NCBI GenBank assembly: GCA_018304025.1
Contig: JAGVXA010000012.1
Coordinates: forward strand, 1 to 62,434
Source: Candidatus Pacearchaeota archaeon
GTDB lineage: Archaea > Nanobdellota > Nanobdellia > Pacearchaeales > GW2011-AR1
Direction: 5' to 3'
DNA: 62,434 nt
The translations under genes were made by a program, and so were the position numbers. A model generated the notes under the pieces. That model was not told the origin of the DNA and did not search any database. It was given only the letters and a program-made list of their open reading frames with translations. Positions 8,163-17,395 of this stretch are shown one piece after another; the stretch's first letter is position 1, and each line of letters begins with the position of its first letter.

Positions 8163-8366
8163 ATGGGGAAAACGAAAAAAGAGCTGGTAGCAGAACTTCT
8201 TAAGAAAAATACAGACGGGCTTACAATAGTGGAAATATCAAAAGAATTGGAGATTTCTAGGAATACTGTTGCAGTTGCTCTTGCAGAATTAAAGGGCGCG
8301 GAAATGATAAGGGTCAGGCCTGTCGGCAAGGCGAAATTAAATTATTGGGGAGGAAATAAACGATGA
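8163..8366 (+). CDS. small winged-helix DNA-binding protein
   Basis: 67 aa. LTIVEISKELEISRNTVAVALAELKGAEMI looks like an HTH plus wing. ATGA overlap with the next gene. Confidence 0.65.
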   Translation: MGKTKKELVAELLKKNTDGLTIVEISKELEISRNTVAVALAELKGAEMIRVRPVGKAKLNYWGGNKR

Positions 8367-10936
8367 GAGCAGATTATTTTATTATTACTTTAATCTTGGG
8401 AATTTTATTTATTAGTTTTGCCTCCGCGGCATGCACAGTTACTTTTGACAAAAGTTCATATTTTCCTTCTGAAACAGTCACTGCCTCCCTTTCTTGTTCT
8501 GGAAACGATGAGAAAAATCAGGCATACACTTTAAACTGGACATTTAACGGAACAACTCAACTAGAATTAGATACGGGAACAACTCCTCCTACTGTAAGCA
8601 CTCTTTTTTATGCTACTTATATTTTAAACTCAAGTTATGCGGGAACAATAAACGCCACGCTTTCTGGAACAAATCTTGAGGGAAATGACGGTGCGAATGT
8701 CTCCGGCACAAGCGCGAAAGTTTTAACAATAACTGACTTGAGTTTTAGTTCCTCAGCATTCATAGGAAGTCTTTTTGCAGTAGATTTTAAAGTTACAAAT
8801 AATCAAGGAAAATCCATTTCGAACGCGCAATGCAAGGTGTACGGAACAGACAACACTGACGCCCCTTTACAAATGGGTGGGACGACTTTAACTTATAACG
8901 GCTTGGGCTCCACAGCTGAAGTTTTGGACTCAATCTTTACAGAGGGGAATCAATACTTATGCAAAATCAGGTGTTTTTGCGGAATAGCCAACACTTCTTC
9001 TTCATGCGTAGACGAGGATGGAAATCAGGTTTTTTCAAGCGCGGGTTCAACATCTGTCCCGTTCACGCTAAACACCTGGCTAACATCCAGCACGTTAGTT
9101 GATCAAACAGAGTATACTGAAAAAGAAGAAATTGTTATTTGCGCTAACCTGACTAATTCAAATTATACGAGCAGGGTTCCTGTTGAAATATATCATCAAG
9201 TCAGATGTTCTTCGGGGATTGATAATAACAACGATTTAGACAGAGTGCTGGTAATCTCCGACGGAGATACTCCCGACAGAAGAGGAATAAGCGCAGGAAC
9301 AACTCAAATGCAATGCAAGAGGTTTGTTGTTCCAGAACCAAGGTATTTGCAAGGAAAATCTTCCCAATGCTATGCTTCAACAGAAGTATGGGTTTTGAAC
9401 AGCCAAAATGAAAAAATTGTAAGATATTTAACAACTTCGCCTGCTTTTAATATAACTATAAGCAGTTTGCAGCTGCAGCCGGATTGGGAAAGAATTGCAG
9501 ATTACCAATGGAATAGTATAATTAATTTAACTGGCGACACTTATCATAACTGGAACGGAACAGGGATAGCAAATATTGATTTAAGACTAGACAAAGTCGC
9601 TTCTTACATCAGGTCTTACGAACAAGATGTCTTGCCAGAAGTAGAATTTAATAATTTCCTTTTGTCTGATTATATAAAGAACTGGACAACGTCTTATTGC
9701 AACGGGACAACGGTAAATTCCGCATTGGAAATAAACGAGGACGGAAATGCAGAATTAGAATTAAGAGATGTTGGAATTTCAAACTCTGGATCAAATTGTT
9801 ACAATGTTACTTTGAATATAAACTCTTTTGAAGAAAGAAGCACGGAAGCATTGGAAGAATTTAACAGCTCGCTTGGAAGAAGCGCGACTGCCTTGGAAGG
9901 AATTGAAAATAAAACCGGAACGTTCCATCTTGATGTGGCGTGTCCGTCGACGAGCACGATAGGAGGAGACATGAGCTGCGTTATTACAGCTTACATAGAA
10001 GATTTCCAAACGGTTCAGAAAGAAGTTGATTTTACCTGCCATATTTCCGACGGAACCAGCCAGTATAGCTCTACGAATTTCAACCAAATGATTACCAAAA
10101 GCGCGGTGTCATTGCCAAAAACTTTTTTAGTTCCTTCAACATTTACCGACGGAACGCAATATGTTTTGCAATGCTACGCAGACTATTATAATTTGGGGAG
10201 CAGAAGGGACAGCTTTTATGATACTTTTATTGCTGCGGCGTCTGCTGGCGGAGGGGGCTCTGCAAGCGGCGCCGGCGGAAACAAAACAGCTGGAAGAGCG
10301 CCAATTACCGGCGGAGCTGTTGACGAGGGCAAGGGAATATTCTCTTCTCCACCAATTGAATATCTCTCTGAAAACAAATGGTGGTTTGTATTTGTCATAG
10401 GAGTTTTAGCACTGTTAATTTTAGTTGTTTTAATTAGAAATAAAAAATACGTTTATTCAACTCATAAAACAAACTGGAATTCGGTTTTGAAAAACGCAGT
10501 TATTTTCTTAACGGCAATTGTTGCCATATTAGGAATTTGTGCTGGAGGATACTATGCTTATAATTCGTTGCAGAAAATTAACAAGGAAATTCAACAATCT
10601 CCTGAAGAAACTGTTCCTTCTGTTATGGCGAAGAGTTATTCGCTAATTCAAGATAATTTATTTAGAGGAATTATTCTTACGGCATTTATTATTTTGATGA
10701 TTGTTATTTTATTTAAAGTATTTAATATTCGGGGAGAGATAAGATTTGGATGCGAAGGTTTGAAGTATAACGGAGACAGAAGATCAGAAAGACTGCATAA
10801 CAAACTAAATAGACTTGCTTTGAAAAATGAGATTGAGAGGGAAAAAGAGAAACTCGGCAATATTTCTAAAACGCGGAAAATTTCCGCGGAGGAGTTTAAT
10901 AGAATTTTGGGAAGGTTTGAGAATAGAGTTACTTAA
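8363..10936 (+). CDS. large surface protein: signal peptide, ~640-aa ectodomain rich in N-x-S/T sequons, Gly-rich linker, 3 TM helices, basic coiled tail
   Basis: 857 aa. Leader MRADYFIITLILGILFISFASA. No recognisable catalytic motif. Confidence 0.7.
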   Translation: MRADYFIITLILGILFISFASAACTVTFDKSSYFPSETVTASLSCSGNDEKNQAYTLNWTFNGTTQLELDTGTTPPTVSTLFYATYILNSSYAGTINATLSGTNLEGNDGANVSGTSAKVLTITDLSFSSSAFIGSLFAVDFKVTNNQGKSISNAQCKVYGTDNTDAPLQMGGTTLTYNGLGSTAEVLDSIFTEGNQYLCKIRCFCGIANTSSSCVDEDGNQVFSSAGSTSVPFTLNTWLTSSTLVDQTEYTEKEEIVICANLTNSNYTSRVPVEIYHQVRCSSGIDNNNDLDRVLVISDGDTPDRRGISAGTTQMQCKRFVVPEPRYLQGKSSQCYASTEVWVLNSQNEKIVRYLTTSPAFNITISSLQLQPDWERIADYQWNSIINLTGDTYHNWNGTGIANIDLRLDKVASYIRSYEQDVLPEVEFNNFLLSDYIKNWTTSYCNGTTVNSALEINEDGNAELELRDVGISNSGSNCYNVTLNINSFEERSTEALEEFNSSLGRSATALEGIENKTGTFHLDVACPSTSTIGGDMSCVITAYIEDFQTVQKEVDFTCHISDGTSQYSSTNFNQMITKSAVSLPKTFLVPSTFTDGTQYVLQCYADYYNLGSRRDSFYDTFIAAASAGGGGSASGAGGNKTAGRAPITGGAVDEGKGIFSSPPIEYLSENKWWFVFVIGVLALLILVVLIRNKKYVYSTHKTNWNSVLKNAVIFLTAIVAILGICAGGYYAYNSLQKINKEIQQSPEETVPSVMAKSYSLIQDNLFRGIILTAFIILMIVILFKVFNIRGEIRFGCEGLKYNGDRRSERLHNKLNRLALKNEIEREKEKLGNISKTRKISAEEFNRILGRFENRVT

Positions 10937-11137
10937 AGATTTTAGAGTGCCGAGGGACATGCGAGAAGGCGAAGACTTGCATGCCCCTCTGTCATCCGAG
11001 AAAAAGAGACAATGATTACATTGTCACGTTTTCCGAACAAGTCGAAAAAGAGACAATGAAAAGAGACAATGATGGGAACGCGGGAAAAGAGGGAAACCGC
11101 GTTCCCTTAGAGACTATAATCTGATTGAATGGAGAGA

Positions 11138-11257
11138 CTATGATAATTTATTTTCTGGCGGCGGCAAATCCATAATTTTATTTGTTGGCGTTCTAGCAAC
11201 ACGACATTTTTTGCAACGGCACAAACCGCAGCAGCAACAGCATTTTTTGTTTTTCAT
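11138..11257 (-). CDS. 39-aa Cys-rich peptide MKNKKCCCCCGLCRCKKCRVARTPTNKIMDLPPPENKLS
   Basis: Below the ORF-track cutoff. ATG preceded by GAGGT 5 nt upstream. 9 Cys in the first 18 residues. Confidence 0.4.
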   Translation of the reverse strand: MKNKKCCCCCGLCRCKKCRVARTPTNKIMDLPPPENKLS

Positions 11258-11464
11258 TTTTAACCTCGTTATTTTATTAATTAATCTAAGAAAAAGGGTT
11301 ATTAAGCACTTGTTAAAGAAAACTCAATAGAACAAATAAAGAGAGATTTTTCATAAGGTTTAAAAGGGAAATATTTGCCGGCGTGCCGACCAATTCAAAA
11401 AAGAAATTCAAAAAGAGAAAATAAAAAACAAGAAAATAAGAGAATAAAAAAGAAAAATAAGTGT

Positions 11465-11800
11465 TTATCTTTTGCTTGTTTCAAAAACAGCTTTTATTGC
11501 CACAACCAATGCTGCTGCGCTAACAAGTGCAATTAAGTTCACAAGGATAGCACTGATGTAAGTACTAATCGACCCCAATACTGAAAGAGCGCCGATACTT
11601 GCAATTCCGCCGACCAACAATGCTATTGATGCAATTAAAAACTTGGTAGATTCTTTTTCAGTTACATTAAGGAATCCAACTACTAATCCTAGTACGAAGA
11701 TTACTAATGCCATTAGTGTTCCGTATCCTGATATAAATCCTGCAAGCACTGCTAGTAACAAGCCGATTAAAAAAGCCCATTTTCCTAAATTGTTTTCCAT
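11465..11800 (-). CDS. hypothetical membrane protein (3-4 TM)
   Basis: The track start at 11806 is GTG. The ATG at 11800 is preceded by GGAGGTG. Confidence 0.6.
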   Translation of the reverse strand: MENNLGKWAFLIGLLLAVLAGFISGYGTLMALVIFVLGLVVGFLNVTEKESTKFLIASIALLVGGIASIGALSVLGSISTYISAILVNLIALVSAAALVVAIKAVFETSKR

Positions 11801-11962
11801 TCTCACCTCCTTTTTGTTTTTCTTTTAAAAATTTAAACAGAAAGATTTTACCAATCCTTCTTTGTTTATACAGCAAATTAAGATATTTAAGTCTTTTTGT
11901 TTAGCTAGTTGAATTATTAGTTATCAGGAAAGATTTAATAATTTGATTTTTTATTTTATAAT

Positions 11963-12223
11963 GTGAAACTTAAAAATTTTTTTCAGCCAAGATGGTATGT
12001 CTATTCAATATTAATTGCGATTTCAATTATTGAGTTTTTCTTTTTACTTCCAGGTACTTTTGGCAGATGGGGCGGGGGAGGATGTCTTACTTGTAAAAAT
12101 ACCGGTCCGCTAATTTTTTCGTATGACTGGTTTGTGCTTATTGGAATGTTTTTAATTCCGATTGTTTTAATTTACATTCTTATTTCTGTAATTGTTTTAA
12201 TCGTCGATAAAATTAAGAAATAG
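11963..12223 (+). CDS. hypothetical small membrane protein
   Basis: 86 aa, two TM helices. GTG start only, so uncertain. Confidence 0.35.
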   Translation: MKLKNFFQPRWYVYSILIAISIIEFFFLLPGTFGRWGGGGCLTCKNTGPLIFSYDWFVLIGMFLIPIVLIYILISVIVLIVDKIKK

Positions 12224-12224
12224 T

Positions 12225-14864
12225 TTATTGATTTTTAGCAGAGTTTTCGCCCTGCCATTCTTCAACGTCTGCTAATTCGATTTCGTTTGTTGTCTCTTCA
12301 ATAAAAGAATCAGAGTCAATTGGAATTGAATCGTTTAAAACCGGAATGTCTGAGTTATCTTCGGGTTCTGAAGTTTCGTATTCTGATTCTATTTTAGGAG
12401 TTTGTTCTGTTTCGAATCTTTCTGGTTCGTCGTTTTCCAATGCCTGCAAAATTAGATTTTCCATATCCTGATCATTTATTACTTCTTCGTGTTTTGCTGA
12501 TGCCTGCGTTTGATTAAAAAAAGATTTTTTTTGAGCAGGTTCAATTGATTCTGTTTCATTTTTTTCGGGAGGTTCTAGCGACTGTTTAGCTGACTGGATG
12601 AATTCCTGCGCTTGTTCTTTTTCTATGTTGTATACAATTTCGCTTATTTCACGGGCTGCGTCTGCGTTCACAGAGATTGAACTGATTCCTTCTCTGGCTA
12701 GAATCCTCGCCATCTCCGGACGCGAGCCTGCCTGCCCGCAAATGCTCGTTTCAACATTATATTTTTTACAAACCCGGATAACGTGCTGAATTGAACGGAC
12801 AACTGCGGGATGGGTCTCATCGAATATTCCTGCGACTTCGTCGTTGTTTCTGTCGATAGCTAAAGTGAATTGCGTCAAGTCGTTGGTGCCGAATGAAATG
12901 AAATCGATTCCTTCCTGGCAAAGCTCTTCAATTATCTGGACAGCTGCCGGTGTTTCAACCATAACTCCGATTTTAATATTCGACGGTATTCCTATTTCAT
13001 CAGCTATTTTTTTTGTTTCTTTTATTTCCTGGACGCTGATTACAAGAGGAATCATTAATCCTATTTTTTTGTTTGGGAAGAACTCGGCAACTTCTTTCAC
13101 GGCTGTTAATTCTGCTTTTAGAATTTCGGGATGCTTTAGGCTAAATCTGATTGCGTGATTTCCCATCATAGGGTTTGATTCGTCATCTTTTGGAGCGCCT
13201 TCGAGATTTGAATACTCGTCTGTTCTTATGTCTGAAGAACGCACCCAAATTTCTTCAAAGGGTTCTGCAATTTTTTTAAGATTTGAAGAAAGCAATTTAA
13301 CATATTCTTTCATGTCTCCTTTTTTGACAAAATAAAACGGATGTTTTCCGCCGATTGCTATAATTCCTTCAAGTCTTGTCAAGCCGATGCTTTTCACTTC
13401 TGATTTTGATGCTCTTAACGCGCCTTCAGGCAAGTCCGCGATAACTTTAATTTTTATTTTTGTTCCGTGAATTATCGGGAGGACTTCTTTCAGTTTAGTT
13501 TTTCCTTTTCCTTCATAAACTTTTCCGACGTTGCCGTCGATAGTTACAATCTGCCCGTCTTTTAGAATTTTTGTTGCTTCGTCTGTTCCGACGACTGCAG
13601 GAATTCCCATTTCCCTGCTCACGATTGCTGCGTGGGAAGTGATTCCGCCTTCGTCTGTAATTATTGCCGCGGATTTTTGCATTGCGACCACCATATCTGG
13701 ATTTGTCATTTCTGTGACTAGAACATCTCCGTTCTGGATTTTTTCTAAATCTTTCATTTCTCTGACAATTTTAACTGGGCCGGATGAAACTCCCGGCGAA
13801 GCTGCCAAGCCGGAAAGAATTGGCTCGCCCTCGACGGTTTCTGTTGATTCCTTGAATTTTGTTGTAATTGGCCTTGATTGAACAATATAAATTCCACCAG
13901 CGTCAATCGCAAATTCGATGTCCTGCGGTTTTTTGTAGTGCTCTTCCAGTTTTTGCGCAAGCTGCGCCAAAGTTTTAATTTCGTAGCTGCTTAAAACCTG
14001 TTGATTGCTTCTTTCTGGAGTTAGCTTGATTGTTTCATTTTTTCCTTCTTCATTTTTTACAATTGCAATTTTTTTATTTGCGATTTTTGTTTCAAGTATT
14101 TTGAAGTTTTCCAAATCTTCTGAAACTACGTGGTGGTCTGGCTTAATCTGCCCGGAAACAATTCCTTCGCCGAGCCCCCAAACCGCCTCGATTATTATGT
14201 GGTCTGCTTTTGTCGTCGGGTTTTGCGAGAACATGACGCCGGATTTTACAGAGTTCACCATTTTTTGGATAACGACAGCGAGCAAAGAGTTTTCGTGGGC
14301 AAATCCTTTTTTTGTCCTGTAATAAGTTGCTCTTGGCGTGAAGAGTGAAGACATGCATTTTTTTACTTTTTCCAGTAATTCTTTGTTTCCTCTGACATTC
14401 AAAAAAGATTCCTGCTGTCCTGCGAAAGATGCGTCTGCCAAATCTTCTGTTGTTGCGCTGGAACGGACAGCCACGAACGGCGCCTCATCTTTTTCTAAAA
14501 GATTATTTGCAGTATCTTTTTGCGGCTCGCTTAAAATTTCGTATGCTTCCAAGATTTGCGTTTCTATTTCTTGCGGCAAAGACTGGGACTCTATTGTTCT
14601 TCTTATTTCTTTAGTTGCTTCGTTTAGCTCTGCTGTGTTTTCCTCGTCGAGGTTTGCCAAAATTTCTTTGATTCTCGCGCTTATTCCTGTTTTTTCTATG
14701 AAGTGCTGATAAGCCTGCGCTGTTATGACAAAACCTGGTGGAACAGGAACATTTAGATTGTACATTTCTGCCAACGAGGCGCCTTTCCCGCCTGCTATTG
14801 CTATGTCTTTATTTGATAATTCAGAAAACCATTTGACAAATTGGGCTTCCTCTTTTTTTAGCAT
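12225..14864 (-). CDS. ppsA: phosphoenolpyruvate synthase (pyruvate, water dikinase) with ~115-aa acidic C-terminal extension
   Basis: N-terminal AIAGGKGASLAEM, phospho-His segment GGITSHAAIVSREMGIPAVVG, and a C-terminal PEP-utilising TIM barrel (FISFGTNDLTQ). Confidence 0.93.
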   Translation of the reverse strand: MLKKEEAQFVKWFSELSNKDIAIAGGKGASLAEMYNLNVPVPPGFVITAQAYQHFIEKTGISARIKEILANLDEENTAELNEATKEIRRTIESQSLPQEIETQILEAYEILSEPQKDTANNLLEKDEAPFVAVRSSATTEDLADASFAGQQESFLNVRGNKELLEKVKKCMSSLFTPRATYYRTKKGFAHENSLLAVVIQKMVNSVKSGVMFSQNPTTKADHIIIEAVWGLGEGIVSGQIKPDHHVVSEDLENFKILETKIANKKIAIVKNEEGKNETIKLTPERSNQQVLSSYEIKTLAQLAQKLEEHYKKPQDIEFAIDAGGIYIVQSRPITTKFKESTETVEGEPILSGLAASPGVSSGPVKIVREMKDLEKIQNGDVLVTEMTNPDMVVAMQKSAAIITDEGGITSHAAIVSREMGIPAVVGTDEATKILKDGQIVTIDGNVGKVYEGKGKTKLKEVLPIIHGTKIKIKVIADLPEGALRASKSEVKSIGLTRLEGIIAIGGKHPFYFVKKGDMKEYVKLLSSNLKKIAEPFEEIWVRSSDIRTDEYSNLEGAPKDDESNPMMGNHAIRFSLKHPEILKAELTAVKEVAEFFPNKKIGLMIPLVISVQEIKETKKIADEIGIPSNIKIGVMVETPAAVQIIEELCQEGIDFISFGTNDLTQFTLAIDRNNDEVAGIFDETHPAVVRSIQHVIRVCKKYNVETSICGQAGSRPEMARILAREGISSISVNADAAREISEIVYNIEKEQAQEFIQSAKQSLEPPEKNETESIEPAQKKSFFNQTQASAKHEEVINDQDMENLILQALENDEPERFETEQTPKIESEYETSEPEDNSDIPVLNDSIPIDSDSFIEETTNEIELADVEEWQGENSAKNQ

Positions 14865-14906
14865 GGGAAGAAAAGATTAGGGAAGTTAATAAAGATTACG
14901 ATAGAA

Positions 14907-15446
14907 TTATCCTAGTTTTTCAAAAACGATTTTCGTCCTGCAGGGAATTTTTGATTTTGTTTTGTTTAATGCGTTTCTCGCGGATTTGACTGCTTTTTCA
15001 TTTGCGCAGGAGATAAAAAAAAGCTCCTTGTTTTTTGGGACGATAGCTGCCCTGCCGATTGCAACGCCGAAAGAATGCTTCATACCTGACGACAAACGGT
15101 CTGCCCCTGCGCCTGCTGCTGTTTTGTTTTCTCTTAAAATATGGTGGGGATAGACTTTTATGTTGAAGGCGTATTCTCCCGGAACTTCTGTTTCCAAAAT
15201 CTTAAAAATTTGCTGCCTGCAAGATTCTAAAGCGTTGTCTCTCATCTGGACTTTTTCAATCGCAATTAATTTGACGACGAGAGGGTGTTTTTTTTGATTG
15301 TAAGCAGCCTGATTGCCCATGCTGAATTTTACGATTTTGCTCGGCGGGACTGTCTTGATGTAAGCTCTGTTTTTTCTGGCTGATTTTCTAGTATACGGGC
15401 GGACGATTTTCTTGGAATATGCGGATGCTTTTCTTAGTGCTGCCAT
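14907..15446 (-). CDS. rpl10e: ribosomal protein uL16 (L10e)
   Basis: MAALRKASAYSKKIVRPYTRKS... is typical of archaeal L10e. The track start is TTG, so the ATG at 15446 is used. Confidence 0.9.
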   Translation of the reverse strand: MAALRKASAYSKKIVRPYTRKSARKNRAYIKTVPPSKIVKFSMGNQAAYNQKKHPLVVKLIAIEKVQMRDNALESCRQQIFKILETEVPGEYAFNIKVYPHHILRENKTAAGAGADRLSSGMKHSFGVAIGRAAIVPKNKELFFISCANEKAVKSARNALNKTKSKIPCRTKIVFEKLG

Positions 15447-15628
15447 TATAATGTCTCCAAACAAAGGTCAAGAAGTGTTGTTCTTTTTGGACAGTCTGGT
15501 TTTACTCTACTGCACAAGTTTTCTCTTTGGTCTAGCAAGTCTTTATTGGTTTTTCCGTCAAGACATTTTCTTGTGTAAGGACATCTTTTGTCGTCGTAAA
15601 ACTCGCATCTGTTTTCGTATTTATTCAT
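15446..15628 (-). CDS. 60-aa Cys-rich protein embedded in the ribosomal-protein operon
   Basis: ATG start 1 nt after the L35Ae stop. Its TAA overlaps the L10e ATG (TAATG). 7 Cys. Confidence 0.5.
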   Translation of the reverse strand: MNKYENRCEFYDDKRCPYTRKCLDGKTNKDLLDQRENLCSRVKPDCPKRTTLLDLCLETL

Positions 15629-15629
15629 T

Positions 15630-15884
15630 TTATTTTACCTCCACGTCTGTTGCGACTGCTTGTCCCGGCAAACCCTTTTCAAAAATCGCTCTTACTAATC
15701 CCTTGTTCCCGTGAGCTGCCGCGATTTTTCCCTTAATTTCTTTGCCTGCGCTGGATTTCCAAATAACTTCTTTTCCGGATAATTTTTTCGCTTCTTCTCT
15801 GCTTGTCAAGCCGAGGTCAATCAAGAAATGCTTCTCGTGTATTTGATGACGTCCGCGCCTGAATTGAACTATTATTCCTTCCAT
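15630..15884 (-). CDS. rpl35ae: ribosomal protein eL33 (L35Ae)
   Basis: 84 aa. GRHQ..., GKIAAAHGNKGLVRA are typical of L35Ae. Confidence 0.85.
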   Translation of the reverse strand: MEGIIVQFRRGRHQIHEKHFLIDLGLTSREEAKKLSGKEVIWKSSAGKEIKGKIAAAHGNKGLVRAIFEKGLPGQAVATDVEVK

Positions 15885-16100
15885 AATTCTTTCTGGAAAT
15901 GTGGGTTTTTAAAAGTTAGGGTTTACTGACTTTGTCAGTTAAAGGGACTTGGTAAATTTTGTTTTAAGGTTATGTGACAGCGTATCGCAGATAATTATCT
16001 TGGATTCGATTAATCGTCGGTATTTTTTATTTCGATTACATGATTACTGTGCTATAGATATTTTACGTATATTTTGGTAAGTTTGCAGTATCTGTTCTTG

Positions 16101-17363
16101 TCAGCAGCCGTTTAGAGTTGTTGTTATTGTTCCAATTCTCCCTGCTGAGTATGAGCAAGTTTCACCTGCCCAGGTAAATGTTTTTCCATTCTTTGTTAGC
16201 AAACCCCCGTCAGAATTTGGAGATATGCTGCACATTTGTTCTGGTGTTGGATCTGTCGTTGTTCCGCTTGTAACCCATAAATCGCTGCCTTGCATTATAG
16301 GAGCAAAAAACGACATGGTTGGATTGTTAGGATTTGCAGGGTTAATTGATATATCAATTCGAACTGCACCTTCATAATAATAGAAATCGAGAGCGCCCCC
16401 CGGAAGCTTAGGCACTATCCAGGTTCCTCCAGAGGAGGGAAATAGTTCAGTGCAGCTAGGACTTGCGTCTCTCACGAATGTTACAGTTATGGAATTCACG
16501 TTTGCTAAATTGCATACTTGGCAAGCGCCCCAGCCCGCTATTGTGCAGGTTTGTTGGCCTATGCATCCTACTGACGGGGTGCAGGGTTGAGTAGTTATTC
16601 CTTCATTTATTTGAGTGTCGCAGTCGTTGTCGACTCCGTCGCAAATTTCTATTGCTCCTGGATGAATACTAATATCATTATCATTGCAATCTAATGAGTT
16701 AGAAACATATCCTGGAGGGGCAGAGCAAGATTGTATTGCGCTAATTAAATTTCCGAAAGTGTCGTCATCAGAATCCTGATAAAATGTTGATGTTAATCCT
16801 TCATCTACTGAACTGTCGCAGTCATTGTCGAGTCCGTCGCAGACTTCTGATTCGCAAGTCTCTCCATTTTGGGTTAACTCTGAGCCGGAAATTCTGTAGG
16901 TTATTTTTGGAAGATTTGACACAACTTGCTTGTTCTGGTCGTTGATTATCGTCGGGTAAATAAGCACTGTGGTGACTTTTTCTAAATTATAGTCTCCTTC
17001 ATTTTGAATTAGCTCTATATTTATTGTTTCTAATTCTGCGATATTTTCATTTTTGTATTTTTCAACAACTTCTGTTTCTCCGTCGATATTTTTTAGGACA
17101 ATTACAATACCTGGAACCTCGGTGCCGCCTGAATTTCTTTTTAGATTGAACGAAATTTGTCCAGGGTTATTTTCTTGGTCTATTATTACGGAATTGGGCA
17201 CGAGCGAGAATTTTAATTTGATAAACTCGTATTCTGTTTTGACTTCGGTATTTGTTTCGGCAATTCTTGAATTATATACTGCCCAAATGATTATTACCAC
17301 GCTGAGTACAAGAAGGACTAGAAGAACAGTTGCGATTAAGTTGCTTAGCCCTCTCTTTTTCAT
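16101..17363 (-). CDS. archaeal type IV pilin-like surface protein with CDGxDNDCD (MopE-like) motifs
   Basis: Class III signal MKKRG/LSNLIATVLLVLLVLSVV. CDGLDNDCDSSVDEG and CDGVDNDCDTQINEG repeats. Confidence 0.65.
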   Translation of the reverse strand: MKKRGLSNLIATVLLVLLVLSVVIIIWAVYNSRIAETNTEVKTEYEFIKLKFSLVPNSVIIDQENNPGQISFNLKRNSGGTEVPGIVIVLKNIDGETEVVEKYKNENIAELETINIELIQNEGDYNLEKVTTVLIYPTIINDQNKQVVSNLPKITYRISGSELTQNGETCESEVCDGLDNDCDSSVDEGLTSTFYQDSDDDTFGNLISAIQSCSAPPGYVSNSLDCNDNDISIHPGAIEICDGVDNDCDTQINEGITTQPCTPSVGCIGQQTCTIAGWGACQVCNLANVNSITVTFVRDASPSCTELFPSSGGTWIVPKLPGGALDFYYYEGAVRIDISINPANPNNPTMSFFAPIMQGSDLWVTSGTTTDPTPEQMCSISPNSDGGLLTKNGKTFTWAGETCSYSAGRIGTITTTLNGC

Positions 17364-17395
17364 CTCGTTCCCAAGAAATCTTATTTAATAAATCT

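Noticed and set aside
12598-14709. Multiple 60-125-aa ORFs on the plus strand
   Set aside because: All are antisense to the strongly supported ppsA gene. There is no independent support.
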